DNA of 64,000 bases from Hyaloraphidium curvatum SAG 235-1 (lineage: Eukaryota > Fungi > Monoblepharomycota): the NCBI GenBank assembly GCA_025558095.1, contig JAIVFI010000021.1, positions 310,001-374,000 on the forward strand, in the 5' to 3' direction. Shown piece by piece: positions 35,069 to 50,627 of the stretch. Every line of letters starts with the position of its first letter. Within the stretch, counting starts at the first letter, position 1. Both the position numbers and the translations under genes were made by a program. The notes under the pieces are model-generated. The model was not told where the DNA came from. It ran no database searches and was given only the letters and a program-made list of their open reading frames with translations.

Positions 35069-35234
35069 CCGAGCGTGCCGAGCACACTTGTACGCCAGCA
35101 GTGAAATCGAAGCTGCAGTACACCGACCTGATCGCGGGGTGCAGCGGAGAGCCGCACCGTTTCCTTGTTGGCCTCTTTGGTTCCGTGCGACTTACGCGGT
35201 CAATGTTGTGCATCGACAAGAAGTTTGGCATCTT

Positions 35235-37459
35235 CTAATGCTTCAGAATCTCACCCAAACAGTCGCGTATAGTACCGAAGTCAGGTCTATCCTCCGCAAA
35301 GTGAGACCAACATCTCTCAACGAGGGCCCAGATCTTGTCGTCTACTCCTTCAGGCCTTTGCGGCCGGCGTTTCAGGGAGCCAACTTGGTAGATGAGGACG
35401 GCTGGATTAGGCACATCAACAAATGGGTACCGTCCCTTGCTCAAGACCTCGTAGCAGGTCATTGCAAAGGCATACACGTCTGCAGGCCGTTGTGGTGGAT
35501 CGCCATTTAGCAGTTCTGGGGCCATAAAGACGAGCGTTCCCGCCAGCCCATGTGTCGAACTTGTGGTCATGCCAATTTCCTGCCGAACCTTTGCAAGACC
35601 GAAATCGGCGATCAGGGCCTTATTCTCATCGACCATTACGTTGACTGCCTTCAGGTCACCATGTACGATTCCATGTGCATGCAAGTAGGCCATTCCAGAT
35701 GCAACATCATGAAGGAGCTTTAGACCAATACTCTGATCCCATGAGCGGCTATGCAGGTACTGCCTAAGATTGCCCTGTTCCATCAAGTCCGTAACCAACA
35801 TGGGCGGGTCAATGCAATATGCCATCAAGGGCAGCACTATAAAATGAGGTGCATATGTCAGACAGCTGTCGCACTGGCGCACGGTATGGACAAACCATTC
35901 TTTTGCACCAAGCCCTCCCAAGCTGTTACCTCCTTAGTAAAGGCTTTCAAAATGCATGCGTTGATTTCTGCCTTGAACTTCTTGACTGCCACTGGCACTG
36001 TCTTCCTGAAGAGCCCAACATAAACCACACCAAAGGAGCCTTCGCCAAGAGGTGGCTTTGTAGTATCAATCTCAATGTCAGAGGCACTGATGAGGAGCTT
36101 TGCCGAGGAAGTAGGTGACCGAAACAGCGAAGGACGTGCAGAACCAGGCTTTTGCAGAGAGTTGTCAGTGGCAATTGCCGTAGTGCCTGTGCTCTCGCCC
36201 TTAAGTCCAACAATTGTAACTGCTGGTGATGATGATATGTTACATGCTGCCACCATGGTTTCTGAGCCAGTTTGCATTGGTGGTGATAACATCAGTTCAT
36301 CCTCCAACACCGATAGTGGCTCTTCAATGGATGGAGCATTTGCGCCCAGACCTTGCTTCTCCAATTGTCCTGGTTCCAACGCCGCTTCAGATTCAATTTT
36401 CTTATTGCGGTTCCTACGTCGGAAAAGCAAGAAGCCACCACCAACAGCAAAAGCGAGGAACACAACTCCCCCAACAATGCTACCCACAATTACGCCGATG
36501 GGAACACTTGAGGAGACCTCAGAAGTTGGGGCAAAGGTAGGCACCCAGAGCTGTCCCTGTGTGTTGTTTCCAAAAGCAATGACAGTACCATTCTCAATGA
36601 GTGCTAAGGTATGTGTGTCTCCTGCTGCAACCTGAGCCACATTGTTGAGGCCAGGTGGTGCTGTGGCCTGGCCATTGCTATTGTCTCCCCAAATTTTGAC
36701 GGTTCCGTTGTTTAGAACAGCTAGACTGTGCATGTAGCCTGCTGCAATTTGCTTGACATTGGCCAAATCTTCAGGGACGCTTGCTTGACCATTACTGTTT
36801 AAACCCCATGCTCTAACAGTGCCGTCTTCAAGGAGCACTAAGGAATGTGAGCCTCCGGCAGCAATTTGTTTGGCCCTTGCAAGTCCGGTTGGCACGCTAG
36901 ATTGCTGAGATTGATCGGATCCCCAAGCCCGTACCGTACCATCATTCAGGAGAGCAAGGCTGTGCTTCTCTCCTGCTGCTACCTGCTTCACATTCGCGAG
37001 TCCAGTAGGAATCGCTGTCTGTCCGAATTGATTTTGGCCCCATGCCCTGACAGTTCCGTCGGAGAGCGCAGCGAGGCTATGCCAGCCACCCGCAGCTACT
37101 TGGTTGACGCTCCTGAGTCCAGAGGGCACCGAGGCCTGCCCGTCGCTGTTTGAACCAAATGCCACCACTGTTCCATCGTTTAGCAGTGCGAGACTGTGCC
37201 AGTAACCACCGGCAACTTGTTTGGCATTCACGAGGCCCGAGGGAACGCTTGTCTGGCCGTAGAAGTTGTAACCCCACGCGCGTATAGTGGCATCATCTAG
37301 GAGCGCCAGAGAGTGCCAATGTCCCGCCGCAACTTGTACAACCGCTGCTTCGGCCATTCCGCAGACGAGTAGTCCGAACAGCAGGAGAGGAACCGCAGCG
37401 CCAACGTGGACATCAGTAGCGCGTCCGGTAGAGGCTTTCGGCGGAAGAACGCTCATCAT
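35235..37459 (-). CDS. Receptor-like TKL kinase: signal peptide, 7 x RCC1/BLIP-II repeats, TM helix, kinase domain (one intron, 35895-35837)
   Basis: Signal AAVPLLLFGLLVCGMAEA; 39-aa repeats QVAAGxxHSLALLxDGTVxAWGxNxxGQxxVPxGL; TM VPIGVIVGSIVGGVVFLAFAVGGGFLLF followed by RRR; LGEGSFGVV, VAVK, HGDLKAVNV, DFG, MAPE, DVYAFAM. Confidence 0.9.
36530..37345 (-). repeat. Seven 117-bp coding repeats (RCC1_2/BLIP-II-type blades)
   Basis: Seven consecutive 39-aa units in the translated ORF. Confidence 0.9.
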
Positions 37460-38177
37460 CTCCCAATGATCGGACGTTGAAATGGAGGGAGGAAGCAAGG
37501 TCCCAATGGTGCTTGGGACTGGGACTGCACTGCGATGTAGTCAGCGCAAAGGGGCGCGCCACACTACTGCGCCACTCGGGACATTACTCATGTGCACGTG
37601 AAGTCTTGGGAGCGACCAAGCTTTATTCCCTGCTCCGTCCGCTTCTTTTCCCACTCAAATCCACGAAACTAGCCAGCATCCAAAGAATTGACAGCAATGG
37701 TAGGCTTCCAGCTGCCCCTTTAATGCTCGGCAGCAACTGTCAGGAGCGCTAAGCGAGGACGATCGATAACCATGTGCGCTCGTGCGCAACGGCATCACGA
37801 TGTCCCTTGTAAGACCACCGAAACTCGGGAATTTACTCTGGGTTGATTGGTGAACCGATGGGTGAAACGGAAAAGTTTCAGGGCGGACAGCTCGGTACTC
37901 GCTCTCGGAAGGAAAGGAGATGGCCATTCTGCTGTAGGCTTTAAGCAACATTTCACGAAACGGGATTGGTACTTGGAGACAAAACTTCCAATGCACAGCA
38001 AACGCGACAGCTGGTGTTAGAAGGACAGACTGCCGAGTGGACGACTCTATCCTGACGTTTGTAGCAATCACGACCAGCTAAGTCCTTTGCTTCCAAAGTG
38101 TGGAAGATTTGAGGCTCAATTGCGTAGCCCCAAATGCGAGCGGACCGTCGGCCACTAGCAAGACTCGTTGACGCCCC

Positions 38178-38780
38178 TGTGCATCCGGGACGTCAGCTGG
38201 CATCCCCACGCCCCCGTGCTCGCATCAACTTCTTGGACCGCTGACGGAGGAGCGCTCGCAGTCCACGAGCGTTGAGCCTCATCGCTGGAAAGCTGCGGCA
38301 GTGGACCGCTCGCTGGAAAGCTGCGGCAGAGAACGCTCGCGGTCCACAAGCGCTGCTCCCATCATTGGAACGCCACCCCTCGCTTGACCGCTTGACTCTG
38401 ACCAACGGAACTGAAGCCGGTGCCCTCGGCGGATGCCAGCTTGATAATGCTCTTGTCTGCAGAGGGGTTTGCAGGTTAAGAGTGTGTGCTTGAACGGGGC
38501 CCGGTAGAAACCAACACGTGACGGAGCAGACAAAGCAAACACTGCCGCCGCTGACGAACTTGTCCATGCATTCGGAGCAGAGGACGTGCCCGCACGGCGA
38601 GAGCACTGAAGGAAGGAATTCTAGCTTTCTGCGGCTGCACAAACAAGCACACGCACACGATATCTTGGAGCCATTTGTGAAAGATTTTGTGCAAGATGGG
38701 CATGAGTAGGCTTCTTCTGCAGTCCCATCTCCACCATCGACAACGTTGAATTTGACGGCAACCAATTTCTTGACGCTGTG
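38178..38780. repeat. Direct duplication copy B (orphan DCAF11 3' fragment plus the functional NOSIP 3' exons)
   Basis: Matches 34506-35068; has an internal tandem duplication of CGCTGGAAAGCTGCGGCAG (38283, 38311). Confidence 0.95.
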
Positions 38781-39629
38781 GTGAGCAGAATGTGAGTCAA
38801 CGATTCAATGGAAGCCGCGCAACATTACCTGACTGTGTGGTGCGGCTCCGCCGCGGTGCACACCACGTCCTTTTTGGCCTCCTTAACTGCTTCAGACTTT
38901 GCCGCGGGTGTCAAGCTCGGCTGCACGCCGAGAGAAGTTTAGCGCCAAGGAGAGGCGAGAGTAGTTCTCGCAACCGCACCAGCCAGAAGCTGGGCAAAGC
39001 TGCCCTGTCAGACGCAGGTCTCGCTTGTCCCGACGGTGACTCCTCCACTTCTCGTGAGATCTCGGAATCCAGCTTCCTTTTCTTCGACGCGGTCCGCCCG
39101 GGGTCGGAAACTAGCAGTTGTGCACGTTCAAAATCCTCCTTCTTCTTCTGCAGCGCGTGTTCGGCCTTCTGTGCCTCCTCGTCCAGTTGCCTCTGTTGGG
39201 CTCTCTTAACAGCCGCCTTTTGACGTTCAATCTCTTTCGTCTGAGCCAGGATCTGGGATCGGGGGCGTTGAGGAGGAGAACCCCGAGTTTCAACCTCACC
39301 CACGCTTTCGAGGACACATTCCTTGCAGCTAATGTGGCCTTTGGAACAGCACATGGGGTCTCTTGCGTTTTGAAGGCACAAGTAGCAATCATTGAAGCCC
39401 CGCAGGCTGTCGGCCCCGAGCCTCTGCTTGCGCGTGCCGTATTCTAGCTTTGCCCTTTCCGCCGATGTAAAGTGATGCAGGCTGCTGTTGTCTGATTCGG
39501 TAGGAACACGGCGACAAAGCACGAGACCGCGAAACGGGAGGTGACGGCGAGTAGGAACAGGAAGGCACAGTTGGCGTTCTGACGTGGTAGAGGACGGCAA
39601 GGCAGCCCACTCTTTGAGTGGCGGGCCAT
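38362..39629 (-). CDS. NOSIP: NOSIP (RING/U-box spliceosome-associated protein), multi-exon
   Basis: MARHSKN, YGTRKQRLGADS, CYLCLQNARDPMCCSKGHISCKECVLE, LPSFW, YSCPSCTKSF, PCGHVLC, EGTGFSS. Confidence 0.88.
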
Positions 39630-39799
39630 CTCGATCAAAGCAAGCGCGGTATTCGGATCCCTGTTTGATCCGACCCGGGCTGCTGTCTTGGTGCCCGGAG
39701 AGTGAGCGCGACGTGCTTGACTTGATGAGACCAGACCGCGAGACCGCGACAATCCAAAGGCACACTCCAGTGAACGCAGTGGGCCACGTTTGAGAAACG

Positions 39800-41519
39800 A
39801 TGGCGGCAGGCGAGGACACGGCTCGCCGGACGCGGGGAACCAAGCGGCGCGCCCAGGAGGCGGCCGACACCTCGGATCCCGAAGCTCTGCGCGACGTGGG
39901 TCCCTGAAGCGGCGCGCACGCGTTCGTCCTCACCAACGCCATTTTCTGAAGGAGGACGAAGAGCACGATACCCGGCCGACCAAGTACACGCGTGCCAGCG
40001 AACCTGAAGATGGGGGGCCTGCTCCTGCCCCGTCAGCGACCGAGACTCCTCCTGTTTATACCGAGCGCGAAGGGGCCGCAGACGACGCGTCTGGCGTGGA
40101 AGCGGAGGACGAGGACGCGAACGAGAGTGACCGAGGTGCCCGAGAACCAGAGGCTGGCAAGGCCCCGGCAGAAGCATCACTCGGGTCGGGCGAACCGGAG
40201 GAATCCGTGGCACCAGCAGCCGGGGATCTTGGGAAGGAAACGGATACATCCGTCCCTGGCGATCTGGAGAAGGAAGACGTGTCTGCGAAGGCCTTGGATT
40301 CCGGCGCTGAAGGAACGCCGGGCGCAAAGGACGATTTTGACACCGATGCACCGCAAACGAGCGGCGCCGAAAAGTCTGCAAGAGCGCTGTCGATGTTTGG
40401 CGCCGGAAAACGCGGCCAGGACGAACCTGAGGACGAAGAGGAAGAAGTGACACCTCCGCGCCAACCGGCACACAAGGCTGTCGCGGCCATTGGTTCGAAT
40501 CCGACGCCCGCAATGTCTCCATTGGCGAAGGTGAGTTGCACGGTGGCTTTCAGATGGCTGTGGCTGACAAAAGCGCCTCGCGACAGTCAATGACCGCAAA
40601 GCTTTCCACGCACGATCCACCTTCGACCTCTGCTGGTGGCTCGTCGGGTTTCACTTTCGGGGCTTCCTCGTCGAAGATGTCCTTCTCCAATTTCTCCGGT
40701 TCCGTGTTTGGCTCGGGTCTCGCGTCCGGCGCGGGTACCGGTGCTTCGTTCGGCACAATCGCCAGTTCCGCGTCGGCGACCGACTTTGCCTCCATGCTGT
40801 CGGCAAGCAAGTCGTCCAAAGGCAAGGCAAAGGAAGATGCTGGCAAGGGCGACGAGGACGAATCGGATGGCGACGAGGGCGCGGAGGAGGCGCAGCCCGA
40901 GTTTGACGCCGACGATTACAAGCCCAAGATACACCTAACGCCGCAGGAAGGTGGGTTGGGCTCGAAAGCAATCGCGCGGTCGCTGATCAGTGGGAGCAGT
41001 GGTGACGGGCGAGGAGGATGAGAATACCATCATGCAGGTGCTGCCAGCTTTCTGCCATTTGTTCGAAGCCGGCGCTGACGCATTTGCTAGCTCCGCGGGA
41101 AGTTGTTCGATTTTGACGAGGCAAAAGGCACCAAAGGCGATTGGCGGGAACGGGGCGTCGGACTATTGAGGCTGAACAAGAAAGTCGACGAGGAGACTGC
41201 GCGCCTCGGTGAGTGGTTCATCGCTTGCCCTGGGTGACACTAAGCTCTTGCACATGCAGTCATGAGAATGGACGGCGTCTTGCGGGTGATTCTAAACGTG
41301 AACCTCTTCAAGAACATGACCTGCACGCTGGTCCAGGAGAAGTTCCTGCGCTTTGTCGCATGCGAGACTCCGGGAAAGCTGACGACGTTCCTGCTCAAGG
41401 TGGGTGAAGATCTATCCAACAACTGCATCATTTAACGCTACTCCACTCCCGTGCTATAGACGTCGAACCCCGCGGGCGCCGCTGCCATGGCCGCCAAGAT
41501 CCAAGCCCTTTGTACCTAG
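39800..41519 (+). CDS. Ran-binding domain protein (Yrb2/RanBP3/Nup2-like) with acidic N-terminus and FG-like motifs
   Basis: GFTFG, SVFG, ASFG; VVTGEEDENT, RGKLF, WRERGVGLLRLN, VMRMDGVLRVILN. Confidence 0.85.
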
Positions 41520-41523
41520 CTCT

Positions 41524-42862
41524 TCATGCCTCCCCAAGTGCCTTCCGAATAGACTGGACGGCACGGCTGCTGATCGGGAAACAGTGCCCATCGCCCACCA
41601 GCGTGCTCACAGGCAGCCACTGGAGCCACGGATTCGGCCCCATGACCTGCCGAAAGTTTTCCCGCCAACCCAAATCGTAGATGTGGGTCGAAACGACGTT
41701 GACGAGCGGACCCTGGCCGTCTAGCCGGACCATTCGCTTCTCCTGGAAGCTCTAGACGGGGGGGGGATTGATGAGATGGCCACATCTCCCCGCCTGTGCG
41801 ACGGCTACCTCGATCGTGCTCTTGTTGGCCAGAAGCAGGGCGGTGTGCATGCTGGTAAACAGGAGGAGCGCAATAAAGAATATGCCGCTGATCAGCACCA
41901 GCATGGCCTCCTGGAGCTCGTCCACGCCGAGTCCCAGCTGCAAGGGACCAGTTGTTGGCGAGGGATGTCTCTCACTGGCGGATCACCCACCGGGCCCGGG
42001 GAGAACAGGGCCATGATGGCGGGGATGGTCGTGAGGCAGACGTAGACGGTGTATCCACACCCCCAGCAGATGAAGAGATAGAAGAACTTGTAGTTGGCGT
42101 AGCCCACGCAGTTGTTCAACCACGGACAATGGTGATCCATCTTGAGAATGCAGCGGTCGCAAATGGAGCAGTGGTGTGTCCGATCAGGCTTGTGTGCTTT
42201 GCACTTCTGGCAGAATCGCGGCCGTCCGTCGTTCTTGGTCTCGTGTGCCACGTAGGAGGGCGCCGTCTCCACTGGCGGAGCCTCCTGGGGCATGGAAAGA
42301 AGGACCTCGGAGGGAGGTTGCTCGCCGTTCGCCCCGCTGTCCTCTGAAACGACTTGCTGGTGCGCATTGTCCGCTTCCGGATCGAGGGACTGCGGTGCTT
42401 CCACGTCCGATCCGACCTGCACGCCCCAAGTTGAAACGCCGGAAACTGCGATACCCGCAGCAACACACCTTCACGGGTCTGCCAGGATCGGTGTAAATCA
42501 CGCGGACATAGCTGACAGTAAACACCCCAAAGAGGAAGAGAAAGGCAAAGAGCTGCAGGAGCCCGCGAGCCAGGTGGCCTTCGCTCAGGTACGTCTTCCC
42601 TGGAGAGAGAACGAGTTCAAAGGGCAAACAACTGCCAACGCCAACGATTCCAGTCGTACAGCAGACGATGTACGTGTAGACGTAGAATGACCAAAGAATG
42701 AGCGCCCAGACTGCTCGCGGGGTTACGGGAATAGCGGGAGGCAGCAGGGGGACACCCACTGAAGACCACCGGGACCCAGGCGAGAACACTGCAAGCTCCT
42801 TTCATCACTCGGGAGCACGAGGGCAGGCTGACCGTCACGGCCGGGCCCAGCCGGAGATGCAT
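41524..42862 (-). CDS. PFA3: DHHC palmitoyltransferase (Pfa3/ZDHHC2-15-20 type), multi-exon
   Basis: [77 protein letters not shown]. Confidence 0.9.
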
Positions 42863-42966
42863 CCCCAGGCGGGGTGGTCCGTTGGTAATCCTTTTCCGCT
42901 GACCTAGGATTTTATCTTGTGGCTAGCCATACACATCGCGCCAGCTCCCCCCGACAACACGCGACA

Positions 42967-46068
<3,102 letters not shown>

Positions 46069-46167
46069 CTGGCAAGGGACTGCGATTTTCCTGAACCCGG
46101 AGGGTCACCAAAAATCTGTTCCGTACCAGACAATCACGTTCGCTCGTTCCCGGCCCAACGCAACGAG

Positions 46168-46760
46168 ATGGTGCGTTCCTTCTCGAACACGGGGCTGCTC
46201 GGATTGTGGCATTGCTGGACGGGGCTTGCCGGGCTGAGGGAGTGGCCGCGACGCCGGACGGAGGCCTCTTGCGTCGCTGGAGTGGAGTGTCACGGCTGGC
46301 AGAGGCGGAGGCGGGACCCGACGTTGCGACAGCGGAAGAGCACATCTTGATGTGAACGGCGCCGTCGAGAGGGCACTCGGTGGACGTGGTTGGCGCGGAC
46401 AGACGCTCATTGGGATCTCCCGGCAGCCGAGCCACAAGAGTTTCAAGACCAAGAGAATTCTTGGCAAGGCCATGAAGCAGAACCGGCCAATTCCGCAGTG
46501 GATCCGCTTCCGGACAGACAACAAGATCCGGTGGGTAGCATTTCTGGGCTTTCGGTTGCGCCTTTCCACGGATGTGCCGGGTAGGCTGCCGGCCATCCCC
46601 TGCCCATCGGTGCTTGCCGGAGCGCTAGCCCGTCGGCGAAGCACATTGCGGACGTGTGCCAGGCGCGGGTGCGGAGTAGTTGTGGAGCTTCTAACCCATC
46701 TCCCACGTCAGGTATAACGCGAAGCGGAGGAACTGGCGGCGCACGAAGCTCAACATCTGA
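46168..46760 (+). CDS. RPL39: 60S ribosomal protein eL39
   Basis: ATG|intron, [35 protein letters not shown]|[15 protein letters not shown]. Confidence 0.96.
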
Positions 46761-47137
46761 GGACTCAATATCCGCGATTGTGCGATGCGCCTAGACTTCC
46801 TCAACCCTGGAGACATGTACAGCGGCCTAATGAAGCTCTGGACCTGATTTTCGCAGACCAGTTGTGTTCGCTGACCGACTAGGGCACGGGGACGGCGGAT
46901 GTCGACCCGGTCGCGATCTACTGATCCTGCCGTGTGATCTGTCACCATTCCTCCGCTATTTACAGACAGTAATCCTTTCCAGAATACCGCGTGGAGGAGA
47001 TCTAGTCCGGCGGGATTCCGCATTCATGCGCATGCGAAGTCGGATATCACACCCCATGCCGCCGCAACGCCGTGTCGGATGATGTGGAAGAAAGCGACTG
47101 CATGCCATCATGTATCGGTTCAATGTACAGATCGACC

Positions 47138-48042
47138 TCACTTCTCCTCCTCGCCGGTCGCCACAGCCTCCTTCTTCGCGGCAACGCGCTGCGCGCGGCG
47201 CTCGCGGGCAGCCTTGTTCTTGCTCCGAAGCGCCTCGGCCTGGTCGCTGCAGAGAACGTGAGGAGGCGATTCTGGGGTCCGCAACAAGAGCGACGTACGC
47301 GAGCAGCTTGGCGCGGGCCTTTTCGGCCTTGGCTTTGTGGATGAACTCCATCAGGACGCGCTTGTTCTTGAAGACGTTACCCTTGGACTTCATGTAGAGC
47401 TTGTGGTACCTGCCGCGCGCGGTCGCATGAGCCGAGGTGCAGGGCCATCCGGACGGCCCGCCCCACAGGTGCTTGTCGATCTTCCCAGCCTCCCGGTACT
47501 TCCGCAGCAGCCGCCTCAGCACCCTCTGTCTCCGCATCCACAGCACCGTCGTCGGCATGCGCGCCTCGGCGGTACCCCTCCGCTTGCCGGGCCCGGTGTG
47601 CCTTCCCTTGCGCTTCGCCTCGAGCTTCTGGCGCACCCGGTACCGCGAGTGGCTGACGGCCGGCAGCCTGATGATGAGACCATCGCGGTAGAGCTTCCTG
47701 ATGTTTTGCCCTGCAGCGACGGCGGCCGATGCCTGCGTCAGGCGGGCCGAGGGCGCGGGGGCCGGCCCATCGACCCACGCGAGTTGGCGTTGGAAATCTC
47801 GTTGATCTCGTTGGGGTCCAGCCACACTTTCCGCTTCCCGCAGTTCAGGACGGCTGCGGCAAGCCGCTTCTGCGTCCGGAGGTTGACCCTGTGAGGGGAG
47901 GGCGCGCGTGAGCTGGCGTCGCGCCGGGAGCCGCGCCCGCGCAGCCCCGGGGCACCGCCGCCGCAGACGCCCGTCCGCGGCCATCTCCGCGGCCGTTCGC
48001 AGCGGCCTGCTGCCCCCGGCAGACCGCATCTTCCACGTACAT
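47138..48042 (-). CDS. RPL19: 60S ribosomal protein eL19; start codon split AT|G by the first intron
   Basis: [80 protein letters not shown]. Confidence 0.96.
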
Positions 48043-48496
48043 CGCTGGGTCGCGCTCGCGAAGCGGGTGGTGTCGGGTTGCTTGTGGGTTAGAAAATGGC
48101 GAACCCAACTCCATCTAATCACTCATCAATCACTTGCCAAATACCCCCCTGCACTCGGACTCCCGAGCTGCTCGGCGCGGTAGAAGCGGTCGACGAGTGA
48201 GCGATCCATTCTAGCATTCAATGAGACATCGAATCGTGGGCAGATTTACGACCAGTGCATCCTCTTTCGCTTCCCCCCTCCCCCCCTTTTCTCTCCTCCT
48301 TTTCCCCCCCTAACGGGCAGAGGCGCCCTTGACCGATGCAAACCCACTCCGCGGTCGAGGTGTCGCAAATGACCTGCAGCGGCGCTTCCATGCGCAGCGC
48401 CAAGAGATCGGCCGAGTGCCCAATCCAAGAGCAATGGCTTTGGGCCAAGGATGGCCCGGAGACGCAGAAACCGCTGCCGACCGGCCAGATGCCAGC

Positions 48497-50527
48497 TCAT
48501 CCGGGTCCGCCTGCGACTTGTAGTCCCGCTCCAAGGGTCACACCAACGACCGCATCCGTGGCTTCCGGCTCGTCTTCGTCCGACGACGACACCCATCCTT
48601 CGTCCGAGCCTTCCTCGGACGGCTCCTCGCCGCCATTCGCCGCAGGCGCAGCGCCGTTGTCTCCGGTGGCCGGCCGGCGGTGCGTGGTGAGCGCCCACTT
48701 GAGCATCCGGATCAGGTCCGCGGTGTCGTAGAGAACCTGCGGCTTTGCCGCATCCCCGCCCGCGGCGGCATATGCCGGGTCCAAAGACGACTTGGAGCTT
48801 TGGGCCGCGGACCCGCGGCGCGCCCCCTCGCCTTCCTCCCCGCCAGAACGCTCCTTGGAAAACACCAGCGAGCCCGCGGGCCGCACCGTCTCGACCTGCA
48901 CGATCTTCTTGATGCCCATCCGCCGCAGCTCCAGCTCGTCCACCTCGATGGCGTCGCTGCCCCTGGGCACAAAGATGCAGTTGACGTAGCTCGACGGCGG
49001 GTTGTCGAGCCTGTATTCCGGGTCCAAGCTGTGCACCCGGTTCAGGTGGTCCGTCACAGCGCGGACGTAGTCGGTCGCGCGGTCCATGCCGTGGGTCTCG
49101 CGGTCGATGCAGCCGTTGAGGACGAGGATCTTGCGGCACCTCCGCCGCGCGATGGCCTCGCCGACGCCCTTGAGCACGAGGCTCGGGCAAATGCTGGTGA
49201 AGAAGGAGCCCATGGCGTAGATGATGCCGTCGGCCTCGTAGATGTTGCCGGGAACAGCCGAGTGCACGGGCGGGTAGATCTCGTAGGGCTTGGTGGGGTC
49301 CGCGGACGAGATGTCCGAGGAGGCGTAAAAGACGCGCTTTATCCGCGAGTGCAGGAAGGTCTGGGAGTCCTTTCGCACGACGAGGTTGCTGCTCGACGCG
49401 GCCGGGGAGGCGTAGGCCTGGGGTGAAGTGGTCCCGAGCGCGCCCGGGGCCGGCGGCGGGTGCGAGATGGCGTTCTGTCCGCGGATGATGGTGCCGTCCA
49501 CGAGCTCGGCTCCCAGGGTGAGGCGGTCCGCCGTGGCCACGGCCGGGGTGACCAGGGACTGCGGTGGTATGTGCGAGACCCTGCCGTCTTCGCGTCACAC
49601 AACGTCAAGCGGTTCGTTCCAGCTGTGCACGAATGTACCCACAAAGGAAGATCGCCGCGTCCATGCTCTTAAAGAAGGTGCGGGCGCCGGCTACGTGGGG
49701 AATCAGAAGGGTCCCCGGCGCGCCCGCCGATGGGGCATACCAAAGAAAAAGTTGCCCACGCTGCCGTTGCAGAAGTTGAAGAGCGTGGTGGGCTCGCGCA
49801 GGATCTCGTAGTTGAAGTGCAGCAGGAAGGCGCGGATGGTGTCGCGGTAGGGGGTGCCGATGCCCTTCCACAGCGCGTGGGTGCCGTCGACGATCTCTGC
49901 CCACTCGTGCTTGGCCGCCGCCGCGTTGGACGGGTGCAGGCGGTGGCCCAGGAGTGCCTTGACGGCCTGGCCCTCGTCGGTCGAGTCGTCCGAGAGCCGC
50001 AGGCAGCGCGAGCGGATGTCGCCGACGGCGGGGCCGCCGAGCACGCGCACGATCTCGGCGGTCGAGCCGCCGTCGTCCGACACGGGCAGCACGTGCGTGA
50101 CGCGCGTGGTGAGGCGCTTGCCCATCTCCTCCGCAGCCGAGTTGAAGCCCGAGCCGCCCGAGAACACCACGAGCGCGGGCTCACCGGCGCGCGGCTGGCG
50201 GTACGAACGGTACACCGAGGCGCGGCGGCGCGCGACGCCCGCGCCCTGCAGCGACGACTGCGGCGTGTACGAGCCGCGCGCGAGCGCGAGGTACGACGAC
50301 GACAGCGGCGCGTGGAGGCCGCCGGCGGGCACCGACGGCGACGACGACGGGCCGCGCGCGGGCGACGGCGGGGCGGGCGAGGAGCTGAACGCGATGCGCC
50401 GCAGCGGCCGCGGCCCCGGCGCCCCCGGCGGCGCGCTCTCGTCCAGAACGCGCGGCACTCGCGTCGGCCTGGGCGCAACGAGCTCGGAGAGTGCCGAGCG
50501 CGGCGCCGCGCGCGCCTCCTGCGACAT
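48497..50527 (-). CDS. UPF0052/CofD/YvcK(GlmR)-family protein (YNL011C/MEE18-like)
   Basis: LVVFSGGSGFNS, VLPVSDDGGSTAEIVRVLGGPAVGDIRSRCLRL, NGSVGNFFF, GQNAISHP, IIYAMGSFFTSICPSLVLKGVG, LNGCIDRET. Confidence 0.88.
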
Positions 50528-50627
50528 GCGCGCACGTGCTTTGTCTGGGCGTCGGTGGGCGGAGTTCAAGTCAAGCACAAACAACCCCAGGCAGACGTCC
50601 AAACACACCGCGGAGGCACACGCTGCC

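Noticed and set aside
36530-37345. Regularly spaced repeats as a CRISPR array
   Set aside because: They are degenerate in-frame protein repeats in a eukaryotic gene, with no spacers or cas genes.
34506-38780. LTR retrotransposon (long direct repeats around an ORF)
   Set aside because: The repeats are host gene sequence with introns; no TG...CA ends, PBS/PPT, gag or pol.
49854-50627. N-terminal ~258 aa of the 533-aa cyclin ORF
   Set aside because: It is the antisense of the UPF0052 gene; the cyclin more plausibly starts at ATG 50628.
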